Below are positions 1 through 10,110 of a stretch of 32,000 nt of DNA, piece after piece. A program made the position numbers and the translations under genes. The notes under the pieces were generated by a model. The model was not told the DNA's origin and made no database searches. It saw only the letters and a program-made list of their open reading frames with translations. This stretch comes from Polyangia bacterium (GTDB lineage Bacteria > Myxococcota_A > Polyangia > Haliangiales > JADYYK01): assembly GCA_044229835.1 (NCBI GenBank), contig JBGASF010000085.1, positions 273 through 32,272 on the forward strand. The letters run 5' to 3'. Every line of letters starts with the position of its first letter. Position 1 is the first letter of the stretch.

Positions 1-67
1 GCGCGAGCGACCGCTGCTGGTGCGGGTCGCGCTCGACGAGCTGACGCGGCGCTTCGGACCGCGCTGA
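1..67 (+). CDS. 3' end of an upstream CDS (partial); possibly the MutL C-terminus
   Basis: The frame from position 2 reads RERPLLVRVALDELTRRFGPR* with a TGA at 65-67 that overlaps the miaA ATG (ATGA-type overlap). mutL-miaA synteny is common and the tail resembles the MutL C-terminal ...GRP...L..eL...F.R motif. Only 21 residues are visible. Confidence 0.3.
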   Translation, partial: RERPLLVRVALDELTRRFGPR

Positions 68-1013
68 TGGACGTGGCGTCGCAGGCGGCGCGGCCGCCGC
101 TGCTGGTCATCGTCGGGCCGACCGCGTCGGGCAAGACCGCGCTGGCGCTGCGCGCGGCCGAGCTGCTCGGCGGCGAGATCATCTCGGCCGACTCGCAGCA
201 GGTCTACCAGGGCATGGACATCGGCACCGGCAAGGCCAGCGCCGCCGAGCGCGCCCGGGTGCCCCACCACCTGCTCGATCTGGTCACGCCGGCGCAGCCG
301 ATGTCGGCGGCGACCTGGGCCGCGGCAGCCGACGCCGCCATCGCCGACCTGGCCGCGCGCGGCCGGCGCGCCATCGTGGCCGGGGGCACCGGCCTCTATG
401 TGCGCGCCCTGCTGCGCGGCCTGTTCGATGGCCCTTCACGCGACGACGCCCTGCGCACCGCGCTGTATGCCGAGGCCGCGGAGGGCGGTGGCGCCGCGCT
501 GCACGCCCGGCTGGCCGCCGTCGATCCGGTCTCGGCCGCGCGCATCCGCGCCAGCGACACCGTGCGCGTGGTGCGCGCCCTGGAGGTCCACGCCGCCACC
601 GGGATCGCGATGTCCGCCCACCAGGCCGCGCACGCCGGCGGGGCCCCGCGCTACCGCAGCCTGACCATCGGGCTCAGCCCGCCCGCCGCGGTTCGCGCCG
701 CGCGCATCGACGCCCGGGTCGACGCCATGATGGCGGCCGGCCTGCTCGACGAGGTGCGCGCCCTGGTCGCCGCCGGCCACGCCGACGCCCTGGCGCTGCA
801 GGCCATCGGCTATCGCCAGCTGGTGCAGCACCTCGCCGGCGCCATCGACCTCGCGGAAGCGGTGCGTCAAATCAAGCGTGACTCGCGGCGCTATGCGCGC
901 CGCCAGCTCACGTGGTACAGGGATGACGCCTCGGTCGCCTGGTATGCGTCCGTGGACGACGTCTCCGACGCCGCGCTCGTCGAGCTCGGCCGTCGGCTCT
1001 TCGGAGAAGGCCC

Positions 1014-1017
<4 letters not shown>
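67..1017 (+). CDS. miaA: tRNA dimethylallyltransferase MiaA
   Basis: N-terminal P-loop [15 protein letters not shown] is followed by [18 protein letters not shown] and later [11 protein letters not shown], the typical MiaA (IPPT family) signature order. GC3 is high throughout. Confidence 0.93.
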
Positions 1018-2012
<995 letters not shown>

Positions 2013-2013
2013 G

Positions 2014-2079
2014 GGAGACGGAGCCGGAGCCGGAACCGGAGCCGGAACCGGAACCGGAACCGGAACCGGAACCGGACAG
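2014..2079. repeat. imperfect hexanucleotide microsatellite (GGARCC) x ~11, immediately 3' of the accA stop
   Basis: Read directly: ggagac ggagcc ggagcc ggaacc ggagcc ggaacc x5 ggacag. It starts 2 nt after the accA TGA. Non-coding by context. Confidence 0.9.
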
Positions 2080-2112
2080 GCCTTTGGCTCGGCTGCGCCG
2101 AGCCTGAGGCCT
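2078..2112 (+). terminator. GC-rich hairpin downstream of accA (terminator-like, no clear U tract)
   Basis: AGGCCT tt GGCTCGGC tgc GCCGAGCC tg AGGCCT. An inner 8-bp perfect stem has a 3-nt loop, and an outer 6-bp stem is separated from it by a 2x2 internal loop. Confidence 0.5.
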
Positions 2113-2149
2113 GGCGCCGAAGCCCCTCATGCATTAGGTTTCGATCGCT

Positions 2150-4312
2150 TTGGACACCATCCAGGTCCTGCTCTACTTCGTCATCGGCTCCTGTGTCGTG
2201 ACGCTGCTCACCGTGCTGCGCACGCCGGGGGGGCCGCGCGGGCCGTACCTGGCGCTGCTGGTGGCCGACATCGTGCTGGCGTCCGCGCTGCTGACGCGCG
2301 ACATGCTGAGCTCGCCGCTGGTCTGGGTCGCGGTGGCGGCCTATGCGCTGCTGGTGCCGGTGCCGGCGCTGCTGCTGGTGGGGTCGCGGCGCGCCGCCAT
2401 GTCGGAGCGGCTGGCGCTGGCGGCCCGGCTGGCCGCGGTGCGCGAGCTGCTGATGCCTGGCGCGCGCACCCGCTTCGAGCGCGAGCAGCTGGAGGCGCTG
2501 GCCCGGGTCCGCGCCGGCAAGGGTGAGGACGCCATCAAGGCCCTGCGCGAGGCCGCGGCCAAGGCGCCCGATCCGATGGTGCGCCGGCTGCTCGGCGAGC
2601 AGCTGGTCAGCCTGCTGGTGTTCGACCGCCGCTTCGACGACGCCCTGGCCGAGTACGACGGCATCGGCGGCGAGCGCGTCAACCCGCCGCTGTCCCCCCC
2701 GGTGACCGCGCAGCTGGTGCGCGCCGCGGTCGAGACCGGCGAGCTCGAGCGCGCCGGCGATCTGCTGGCCCGCCTGGAGCAGGGGCCGTTCGCGGCCACC
2801 GTGCAGGCGCAGCCGCTGCTGGCGCAGGCGCGCATGTTCTTCCTGGCCGGCCTCGGCCGCATCGACGACGTCATCGCCATCACCACCGCGGCGCCGCCCA
2901 CCGAGGGCGCCGCGCCGCTGGCGGATCTGCCCGCGGTGGCGCGCGCGTACTGGATCGGCCTGGCCGCCGCGCGCAGCGGACGGCGCGAGGAGGCCCTGAG
3001 CTCGCTGGGGCGCGCGGTCGAGCTGTCCAAGGCCGACCGCGGTGGCACCGCGCTGGCGCAGCGCCGGCTGTCCGAGGTCGAGGACGGCAGCGGCCTCGGC
3101 CCGGTGGTGGTGCCCGCCGAGCTGGCGCAGCTGGCCGATCGCATCGGCGCGGCGGCGCGGGCGGCGCGGCTGCCCAAGGCGCTGGCCGGCAGCAAGCGAC
3201 CCTGGGTCACCCTGGCGCTGATCGCGATGTCGACCGCGGCCTTCGTGGCCCTCGAGATCGCGGGTGGCTCGGCCAACCTCGAGAACCTGATGCGCGCCGG
3301 GGCCAACGTGCCCACGCTGGTCTCGGCCGGCGAGTGGTGGCGCCTGCCCAGCTCGATGTTCCTGCACATCGGGGGCTGGCACATCGTGCTCAACATGTAC
3401 TCGCTGTGGGTGATGGGGCGCCTCATCGAGGAGCGCATGGGCGCGCTGCGCTACTTCGCGGTCTACATGATGGCCGGCCTCGGCGGCGCGCTGGCCAGCT
3501 ACATCAACCTGTCGCGGCGCGATGGCTTCGGCCTGTCGGTGGGGGCGTCGGGGGCGATCTTCGGCCTGCTCGGGGGCGCCATCGCGGTGTTCTGGCGCGA
3601 TCGCACGCTGCCCGAGCGGGTGCGCAAGAACGTGGTGCGGACGCTGTGGTTCCTGGCCGGCCTCAACGTCGTGCTGGGCATGTCGATGAAGCAGATCGAT
3701 CAGGCCGCGCACGTGGGCGGCTTCCTGACCGGGGCGCTGTTCGGCCTGGTGCTGGCGCCCGGTCTGCGCGGTGGGCTGGCGCGGGCGTCGCGGGTGATGG
3801 CGGTCGCGCTGGCGCTGGCCGGCGTCGGCGCCATCGGCTGGGCCGGCGTCAACGTGGTCGGCAGCGTGCGCGGCGAGGGGCTGATGACCATGGACTGGGG
3901 CCAGGTCAGCTTCGAGGTGCCACGCAGCTGGCAGGTGGTGTCGTCGAGCGGCGCCGAGGCGCTGGTCGATCCCGACACCAACACCGCGCTGGTGCTGGAT
4001 CGCGTCGGCGCGGCCACGGCGCCGAGCGCCAGCGCGCTGGCCGATCAGCTCGTCACCGAGGTGACGGTGGCGCCCAGCTACAAGTCGACCACGGTGTCGC
4101 AGCGGCTGGTGCCCACCGGCGACGACTGGGCCCAGCGCGAGTTCATCGTGTCCGAGGGCAGCGGGCCGCGGCGCGAGCTGGTGGTGGTGCGCCGGCTCGG
4201 CAATGGCGACTACGTGGTCGCGCGGGTGCGCATCCAGCGCGAGCAGCTGGGCAACCAGGCCGGCGTGCTGCGCGCGCTGCTGGGGTCGCTGCGCCAGGCG
4301 CCTCCGCGCTAG
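2150..4312 (+). CDS. rhomboid-family intramembrane serine protease with a long N-terminal (TM + helical repeat-like) region and a C-terminal extracytoplasmic domain
   Basis: Rhomboid core motifs: WWRLPSSMFLHIGGWHIVLNMYSLW, GASGAIFGLLGG (catalytic Ser) and AHVGGFLTG (catalytic His). Hydrophobic segments lie at the N-terminus. The start (TTG at 2150) is uncertain. Confidence 0.8.
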   Translation: MDTIQVLLYFVIGSCVVTLLTVLRTPGGPRGPYLALLVADIVLASALLTRDMLSSPLVWVAVAAYALLVPVPALLLVGSRRAAMSERLALAARLAAVRELLMPGARTRFEREQLEALARVRAGKGEDAIKALREAAAKAPDPMVRRLLGEQLVSLLVFDRRFDDALAEYDGIGGERVNPPLSPPVTAQLVRAAVETGELERAGDLLARLEQGPFAATVQAQPLLAQARMFFLAGLGRIDDVIAITTAAPPTEGAAPLADLPAVARAYWIGLAAARSGRREEALSSLGRAVELSKADRGGTALAQRRLSEVEDGSGLGPVVVPAELAQLADRIGAAARAARLPKALAGSKRPWVTLALIAMSTAAFVALEIAGGSANLENLMRAGANVPTLVSAGEWWRLPSSMFLHIGGWHIVLNMYSLWVMGRLIEERMGALRYFAVYMMAGLGGALASYINLSRRDGFGLSVGASGAIFGLLGGAIAVFWRDRTLPERVRKNVVRTLWFLAGLNVVLGMSMKQIDQAAHVGGFLTGALFGLVLAPGLRGGLARASRVMAVALALAGVGAIGWAGVNVVGSVRGEGLMTMDWGQVSFEVPRSWQVVSSSGAEALVDPDTNTALVLDRVGAATAPSASALADQLVTEVTVAPSYKSTTVSQRLVPTGDDWAQREFIVSEGSGPRRELVVVRRLGNGDYVVARVRIQREQLGNQAGVLRALLGSLRQAPPR

Positions 4313-4345
4313 CGTCCGGGGCCCACCGGCCCGCGACGGCTCGGC

Positions 4346-5947
4346 TCAAATCACGCGGCTGTAGTCGTCGATGCGCAGCTTCCACACCGGGACGCCGCAG
4401 AACTTGTCGCCCTCGGGGCAGATCGGGCGCGTGGTCGTCATCAGGCGCAGCCCGCACGGCGGCAAGAGGTAGCGCGCGATGATGGGGTCGACGTCGCGGA
4501 TCTGGCGCACCTCGTCGAGCGACGCGCGCCAGATCTCCTCCTGGGCGTTGTAGCAGAGGCGGGCCTTGAGCTTGTGGTGCAGGTGCAGGAGGTCGGCGCT
4601 CTCGGTGAAGCGCACGTGCACCGCGTTGGGCAGCAGGTAGGCGACATACTCGGCCGGCACCCCGAGCACGGTCAGGCGCGCGATGGCGTCCCAGGCCCGC
4701 GCCATGGTGTCGATGTACACCGTCTCGGCGGCGGCGCTGCGCTTGATGAGCTCGGGCACCGTGTAGTCGGGCTCGCCGGTCAGGTGCGCCAGCAGGATGG
4801 GGCGCGAGCCCGGCGTCATGCGGTGGCGCTGATCCTGCGAGTCTGCGGTGTGGGACAGCCGCTTCTTGAAGGTGTAGTGCGCGTGGCCCAGCGCGCGCGA
4901 CAGCTTGGACAGCGTGGTCAGCGTCATGGCCTGGCCATGCAGCGGATTGGCCGCGGGGTCGAGCGCCAGGCGGATGGCGGCCTCGTCGGTCATGGTCGCG
5001 CGCGGGGCGCCCACCACCTCGCGCACCGCCTGCGCCACCAGGGCCTGGTTCTCGGGCTTGCTGCCGACCAGGACCGAGACCTTGCCGCCCAGCTCGGCGT
5101 CGAACTCGGCCGCGAAGGTGCGCGCGCGCGCGGCGGCCTGCGGGGTCAGCGCGCCGTCGATGCTCTCGCCGGCGGCGGCGTAGTGGCGGAACTCGGGGGT
5201 GTCCTCCAGCGCCAGCGGCTCCTCCAGGATGGTCTGGAAGGCGGGGTCGTGGCGCAGCATCTCCTCGACCATGCGGGTGACCACCAGGCGGGTCTCCAGC
5301 GGGCAGTCGTACTGCTGGCAGATCCGGTAGTAGCGCAGCAGGGTCAGCGCCGAGATGGTGTGATAGAGGTGCGCGTAGGTCGCCACCGGCAGGACGTAGC
5401 GCGCGATCTCCTGCGCCTTCTTCTTGATGTCCTTGGCGCCGCCGTCGTTCTTCTTGCGCGCCGGGAAGATGCGGTAGTACTCGCGCGCGGCCGCCGGGGT
5501 CAGGTGCTCGATCAGGCGCTGGTAGGCGGCCATCTGCATGGCCAGGGTGTCCTCGAACAGGGTGCGCGCCTCGCCCTCGAGCGGGGGCACCGCGAAGGTG
5601 CCGGCGCGGACCTCGACATAGCGCTGCGAGACCTGCTCGGAGTTGTAGAACGGGTGCGCGTGCAGGAAGGACCACAGGAACTGGCGCGACACCCGCGCCA
5701 GCGAGAACTGGAAGTGCGCGTGCTGCAGCGTGGTGTGGTGGCCGGCCTCGTAGGTCGAGCGCGCGATGCGGTCGCGGCGCTCGGGGTCCTTGGCCACGTC
5801 GGCCGGCGAGATGATGCGCGGCGCATAGCAGGTGCGCGCGGTCGCGACCGCGTTGTCGAAGGGCTGCGCGAAGGCGCCCACGAGGGTGACCTCGGGGGCA
5901 GGGGAGGCGAACTGCGCAGCGCCGGAGGCGATGGGGACCTGAGCCAC
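4346..5947 (-). CDS. thyX: flavin-dependent thymidylate synthase ThyX family, long form with two fused ThyX-like halves
   Basis: The N-half reads GHHTTLQHAHFQF..SRQFLWSFLHAHPFYNSEQVSQRY, then ARYVLPVATYAHLYHTISALTLL. This is colinear with the ThyX pattern GH.T..EH..F.F...RQ..RHR..S.NE.S.RY ... R.VLP. The C-half reads GHAHYTFKKRLSHTADSQDQRHR, then YLLPNAVHVRFTESADLLHLHHKLKARLCYNAQEEIW (ThyX C-terminal R...hAQ.EI pattern). GTG start. Confidence 0.7.
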   Translation of the reverse strand: MAQVPIASGAAQFASPAPEVTLVGAFAQPFDNAVATARTCYAPRIISPADVAKDPERRDRIARSTYEAGHHTTLQHAHFQFSLARVSRQFLWSFLHAHPFYNSEQVSQRYVEVRAGTFAVPPLEGEARTLFEDTLAMQMAAYQRLIEHLTPAAAREYYRIFPARKKNDGGAKDIKKKAQEIARYVLPVATYAHLYHTISALTLLRYYRICQQYDCPLETRLVVTRMVEEMLRHDPAFQTILEEPLALEDTPEFRHYAAAGESIDGALTPQAAARARTFAAEFDAELGGKVSVLVGSKPENQALVAQAVREVVGAPRATMTDEAAIRLALDPAANPLHGQAMTLTTLSKLSRALGHAHYTFKKRLSHTADSQDQRHRMTPGSRPILLAHLTGEPDYTVPELIKRSAAAETVYIDTMARAWDAIARLTVLGVPAEYVAYLLPNAVHVRFTESADLLHLHHKLKARLCYNAQEEIWRASLDEVRQIRDVDPIIARYLLPPCGLRLMTTTRPICPEGDKFCGVPVWKLRIDDYSRVI

Positions 5948-6007
5948 GGCGGCAGGTTATCACGTCAGAAGTTGCTCCCCCTACACTCGCCGTGTCAGAA
6001 CAAGACC

Positions 6008-6936
<929 letters not shown>

Positions 6937-6940
<4 letters not shown>

Positions 6941-7920
6941 TGCCGCGCCGCGGGCTCGCGCTGCTGCTGGTCATGCTGGCCGCCGGCGGCGCGCGCGCCG
7001 AGCCCAGCCCCGGCGATGACGAGCTGTACGGCGACTCGCCCGCGCCCACGCCGGCACCGACACCGGGACCCACGCCGCGCCCGGGCAAGCCCGGCGCCCA
7101 GGCCAGCGACGAACTGCTCTACGGCGACGCCCCGCGCTCGCGCCTGCTCGAGCTGCGCCTGGTCGACTTCCCGACCCCGCTGTTCGCGGTCGATCCCCAC
7201 CTGCGCCTGGCGCTCGGCGTCGAGCTGCGCGTGCTGCCCGGCCTCGGCGATCGCCCGCCGACCTCCGAGACCGTGCTGGCGCTCGATCTGCCCGGCCTGA
7301 GCCTGCGCCTGCCGGCGACCCGCACCGGCAGCGGCGACTTCTATGTCGGCGACACCCGGCTGGCCCTCGGGGTGCCGGTGTTCGCCGGGCGCCGCGCCGG
7401 TCGCGACTGGCACCTGACCCCCGCCGCCACCGTGCTCCTCGGCGACGAGCTCGGCCCCTATGCCGATGACAACGCCTGGGGCGCCCAGCTGGCCGGCGGC
7501 CTGCAGTCGGGCGGCGTCAGCCTGCAGCTCATCCCGCGCCTGCACCGCTTCCCGGTGCGCCGCTTCGCACAGCCGACCGAGGCCGACGCCACCGCGGTGC
7601 TCGGCGGCGAGCTGGTGCTGGCCGGGCGCGCGCCGGTGCGGGGCCACCTCGTCAGCGTCCTCATCGAGGCCGCCGCCGCGGTGCCGCTGGGCGGCCCGCT
7701 CGCGGGCGAGGCCGCGCTGGAGCTCGGCGCCGGTGTGCGCGCGCAGCTGTCGCGCAGCCTGACCCTGGGCCTGGCCGCCGCCAGCCGTGTCGGCCAGGTC
7801 AGCGGCGCCGACCGCATCATCTATGGTGTCGGCCCGCTCGATCGCGGCGCCCGGCTCCAGGTCACGCTGGGGCTGACCATGGTGGTGGGCGGGCTGGACG
7901 GCAAGCTGGACCGCAAGTAG
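6937..7920 (+). CDS. secreted beta-rich hypothetical protein, translationally coupled to the upstream peptidase
   Basis: ATGA start/stop overlap with the previous CDS. Signal peptide MMPRRGLALLLVMLAAGGARA. A duplicated DDELYGDSP / DELLYGDAP motif flanks a Pro/Thr-rich linker. High GC3. No family recognised. Confidence 0.65.
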
Positions 7921-7930
7921 GGTAGAGCCA

Positions 7931-8566
7931 ATGTCGAACATCGGGCCCGAGACGCTCCGCCTGCAGGAGCTCTTGCTGGCGGTCGAGACCGCCGAGACGC
8001 CCGCCGACAGCGCCGCCGCCATCACCACCATCGAGACGCGCTACCAGGCCCGGCGCTCGGTGCTGGTGGGCGACATGGAGGGCTTCACCGCGCGCGTCCT
8101 CAGCGACGGCGTGGTGCCCTTCATCGCGACCATCTACCGCATGCGCCGCCTGTGCACGCCGCTGGTGGCGCAGGGTTCGGGCTACCTGTTCAAGGCCGAC
8201 GCCGACAACCTGTTCGCCGCCTTCGACGAGCCCATCGCCGCGGTCGGCTGCGCGCTCGAGATGCAGCGCGTGCTGCGCGCCGACGCCCGCGGTCGCACCG
8301 CCGCGCTGCGCATCGGCCTCGGCGTGGGCATCGCCACCGGGGACGTGCTGGCCATCGGCCACGAGGACGTCTGGGGCACCGCCATCAACGTCGCCTCCAA
8401 GCTGGGCGAGGACGTCGCGTGCAGCGGCGAGATCCTGGTCGACGAGGCCACCCTGGCCATCGTGCGCGGCGCCCCCGGCCTGCTCGACGACGTCGAGGTC
8501 CACCCCATCGCCTCGGTCGGCCTGTCCGGCGTCGAGCTGCGCTACACCAGGCTGACCCTGCGGTAG
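7931..8566 (+). CDS. small class III adenylate/guanylate cyclase-domain protein
   Basis: VLVGDMEGFTARV (metal Asp + GFT), KADADNLFAAF, RIGLGVGIATGDV and DVWGTAINVASKLGE match the ordered class III cyclase motifs (D.GFT ... GD...F ... R.G...G ... G..VN.A.R/K). Confidence 0.6.
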   Translation: MSNIGPETLRLQELLLAVETAETPADSAAAITTIETRYQARRSVLVGDMEGFTARVLSDGVVPFIATIYRMRRLCTPLVAQGSGYLFKADADNLFAAFDEPIAAVGCALEMQRVLRADARGRTAALRIGLGVGIATGDVLAIGHEDVWGTAINVASKLGEDVACSGEILVDEATLAIVRGAPGLLDDVEVHPIASVGLSGVELRYTRLTLR

Positions 8567-8589
8567 CTGCACGCGCCCGCGCGCGCAGG

Positions 8590-9456
8590 TCAGATGTCGA
8601 CCAGCTCGCGCACCATCGGCGCGCCCTTGTCGTCGCGGCCCAGGCGCGCCCCGTGGCGCTTGTCGTGGCCGAACAGCACCAGCCAGTCCTCCTCGATGGC
8701 CTGCGCCAGCACCGCGCGCTTGCTCTCCAGGGTGGCCACCACGTCGAGGTCGTAGGCCATGATGAAGGGCAGGCGCACATGCAGCGCGGTCGGCACCACG
8801 TCACCCAGGAACAGCGCGCGCCGGGCGCCGCCGCCTTCGCCGCTGCCGCCGTCGATGCGCACCGACTGGTGACCCTGGGTGTGGCCCGGGGTCGGCACCA
8901 CGGTGACGCCGCGCGCGACCTCGACCTCGCCGTCGACCGCCTCCAGTCGCCCCGCCGCCAGCAGGGGCTCGATGTTCTCGATGAGGTAGCTGGCGCGGTT
9001 GCGCTCGTGCGGGTGCAGCGCGTCCTCGAGCTCGCGCCGCTGCACCACGTGGCGCGCGCGCGGGAACACCGGGGCCAGCGCGCCGCCCTCGTCACGCCTG
9101 ACCGCGCCGCCGGCGTGATCGAAGTGCAGGTGGGTCATCACCACGACGTCGATCGACTCCGGCGCGATCGACTCGGCGGCCAGCGCGCGCAGCAGGCAGC
9201 CGTGCTGCTCGATGCCGTAGATCGCCCGCTCCTTGGCGCTGAACTTGTCGCCGTTGCCGGTCTCGACGAGGACGCGCTCGCCGCCCGGGGTGTCCACCAC
9301 CAGGCAGTTGGTCGAGTAGGTGACGCGGTTGAGCTCGTCGCAGCCGACCAGCTTGGACCAGATGGTCTTGGGCACCACGCCATGCATGGCCCCGCCATCG
9401 AGCCGGAAGTCCCCGCCCGAGACCATGCGCAGCCGGTGCTCGCCAAGCTGGAGCAT
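8590..9456 (-). CDS. MBL-fold metallo-hydrolase
   Basis: VVMTHLHFDHAGG (HxHxDH motif), later TPGHTQGH and LFGHD. The length and order are typical of the metallo-beta-lactamase fold. Confidence 0.85.
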   Translation of the reverse strand: MLQLGEHRLRMVSGGDFRLDGGAMHGVVPKTIWSKLVGCDELNRVTYSTNCLVVDTPGGERVLVETGNGDKFSAKERAIYGIEQHGCLLRALAAESIAPESIDVVVMTHLHFDHAGGAVRRDEGGALAPVFPRARHVVQRRELEDALHPHERNRASYLIENIEPLLAAGRLEAVDGEVEVARGVTVVPTPGHTQGHQSVRIDGGSGEGGGARRALFLGDVVPTALHVRLPFIMAYDLDVVATLESKRAVLAQAIEEDWLVLFGHDKRHGARLGRDDKGAPMVRELVDI

Positions 9457-9470
9457 GCTGCCAGGCTACC

Positions 9471-9941
9471 TCATCCGCGGGCGCGTCGCCGCAGCGCCCG
9501 GCGCACCCGCCACTCCGTGACCCAGGCCACGCAGGGCCCCGCGGGCGCCGCCGCCAGGGCGCCCAGCCCCAGCCAGGCCAGCATGGTCAGGCGCCGCTCG
9601 GGCAGCCCGAACGCGGTCGCCAGCACCAGCGCCAGCGCCGCCCCCAGCAGCCCGAGCTGCAGCGCCGCCCCCAGCCCGCGCCGGCGCCGGTCCAGGTGCA
9701 CCCCATCGCTGACCCAGCGCGCGACCCCGCCCCCGACCAGCAGCAGGGGCAGCGCCGTCAGGGCGCCCCCCACCAGCAGGGCCCTGGCCAGATCCTCATG
9801 TCCGGCGCTGCGATCCCGGCACAGGTGGGCCACCAGGGCCAGCAGCGGCCCAGCCACGCCCAGGGTGATGGCTCCCCCCAGCCAGAAGGTGAACCAGGGT
9901 GGCCTGGGCACCTCGGGTCGGCCGCGGCCCCCCGTTTTCAT
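9471..9941 (-). CDS. small integral membrane protein (about 4 TM), hypothetical
   Basis: Four hydrophobic stretches, high GC3, and 14 bp downstream spacing to the MBL gene on the same strand. No family recognised. Confidence 0.6.
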   Translation of the reverse strand: MKTGGRGRPEVPRPPWFTFWLGGAITLGVAGPLLALVAHLCRDRSAGHEDLARALLVGGALTALPLLLVGGGVARWVSDGVHLDRRRRGLGAALQLGLLGAALALVLATAFGLPERRLTMLAWLGLGALAAAPAGPCVAWVTEWRVRRALRRRARG

Positions 9942-10070
9942 GGCTGCGCGTCCGAACAGGGAAGGAAGGTCCGGCCCCGAAGCTGCCGTAGTAAGACTGC
10001 CAACGCCCTCTCCGTGCTTGCACTTTGGGGGTGGGCGGTGGAATGGTCAAGAAATCTCAAAGGGTTGTCG

Positions 10071-10098
10071 TTGATCCACCTGGGTCCGTCTTGATAAA
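10071..10098 (+). promoter_or_regulatory. candidate sigma70-like promoter for the tail-tube-like gene (TTGATC-N16-GATAAA)
   Basis: TTGATC at 10071-10076 and GATAAA at 10093-10098, in an unusually AT-rich 150-bp divergent intergenic region. There is no Shine-Dalgarno before either the GTG at 10099 or the ATG at 10111, so a very short or absent leader is possible. Confidence 0.25.
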
Positions 10099-10110
10099 GT
10101 GAGTGCCACG

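Noticed and set aside
2014-2079. The hexamer repeat arrays (also 19602-19655 and 28171-28212) considered as CRISPR or other spacer-containing arrays.
   Set aside because: The units are 6 bp and contiguous with no unique spacers. These are microsatellites, not CRISPR.
8567-8590. Short imperfect GC hairpins between other convergent gene pairs (8567-8590, 11040-11058, 24139-24152, 4313-4340) as terminators.
   Set aside because: The stems are only 5-8 bp with mismatches or very small loops. In DNA this GC-rich, such pairings are expected by chance, so they are not reported as features.
9960-10030. A sigma-54 (TGGCAC-N5-TTGC) promoter upstream of the tail-tube-like gene, prompted by the ...ccgtgcTTGCAc string.
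   Set aside because: There is no GG-containing -24 element at the required 5-nt spacing upstream of the TTGCA.
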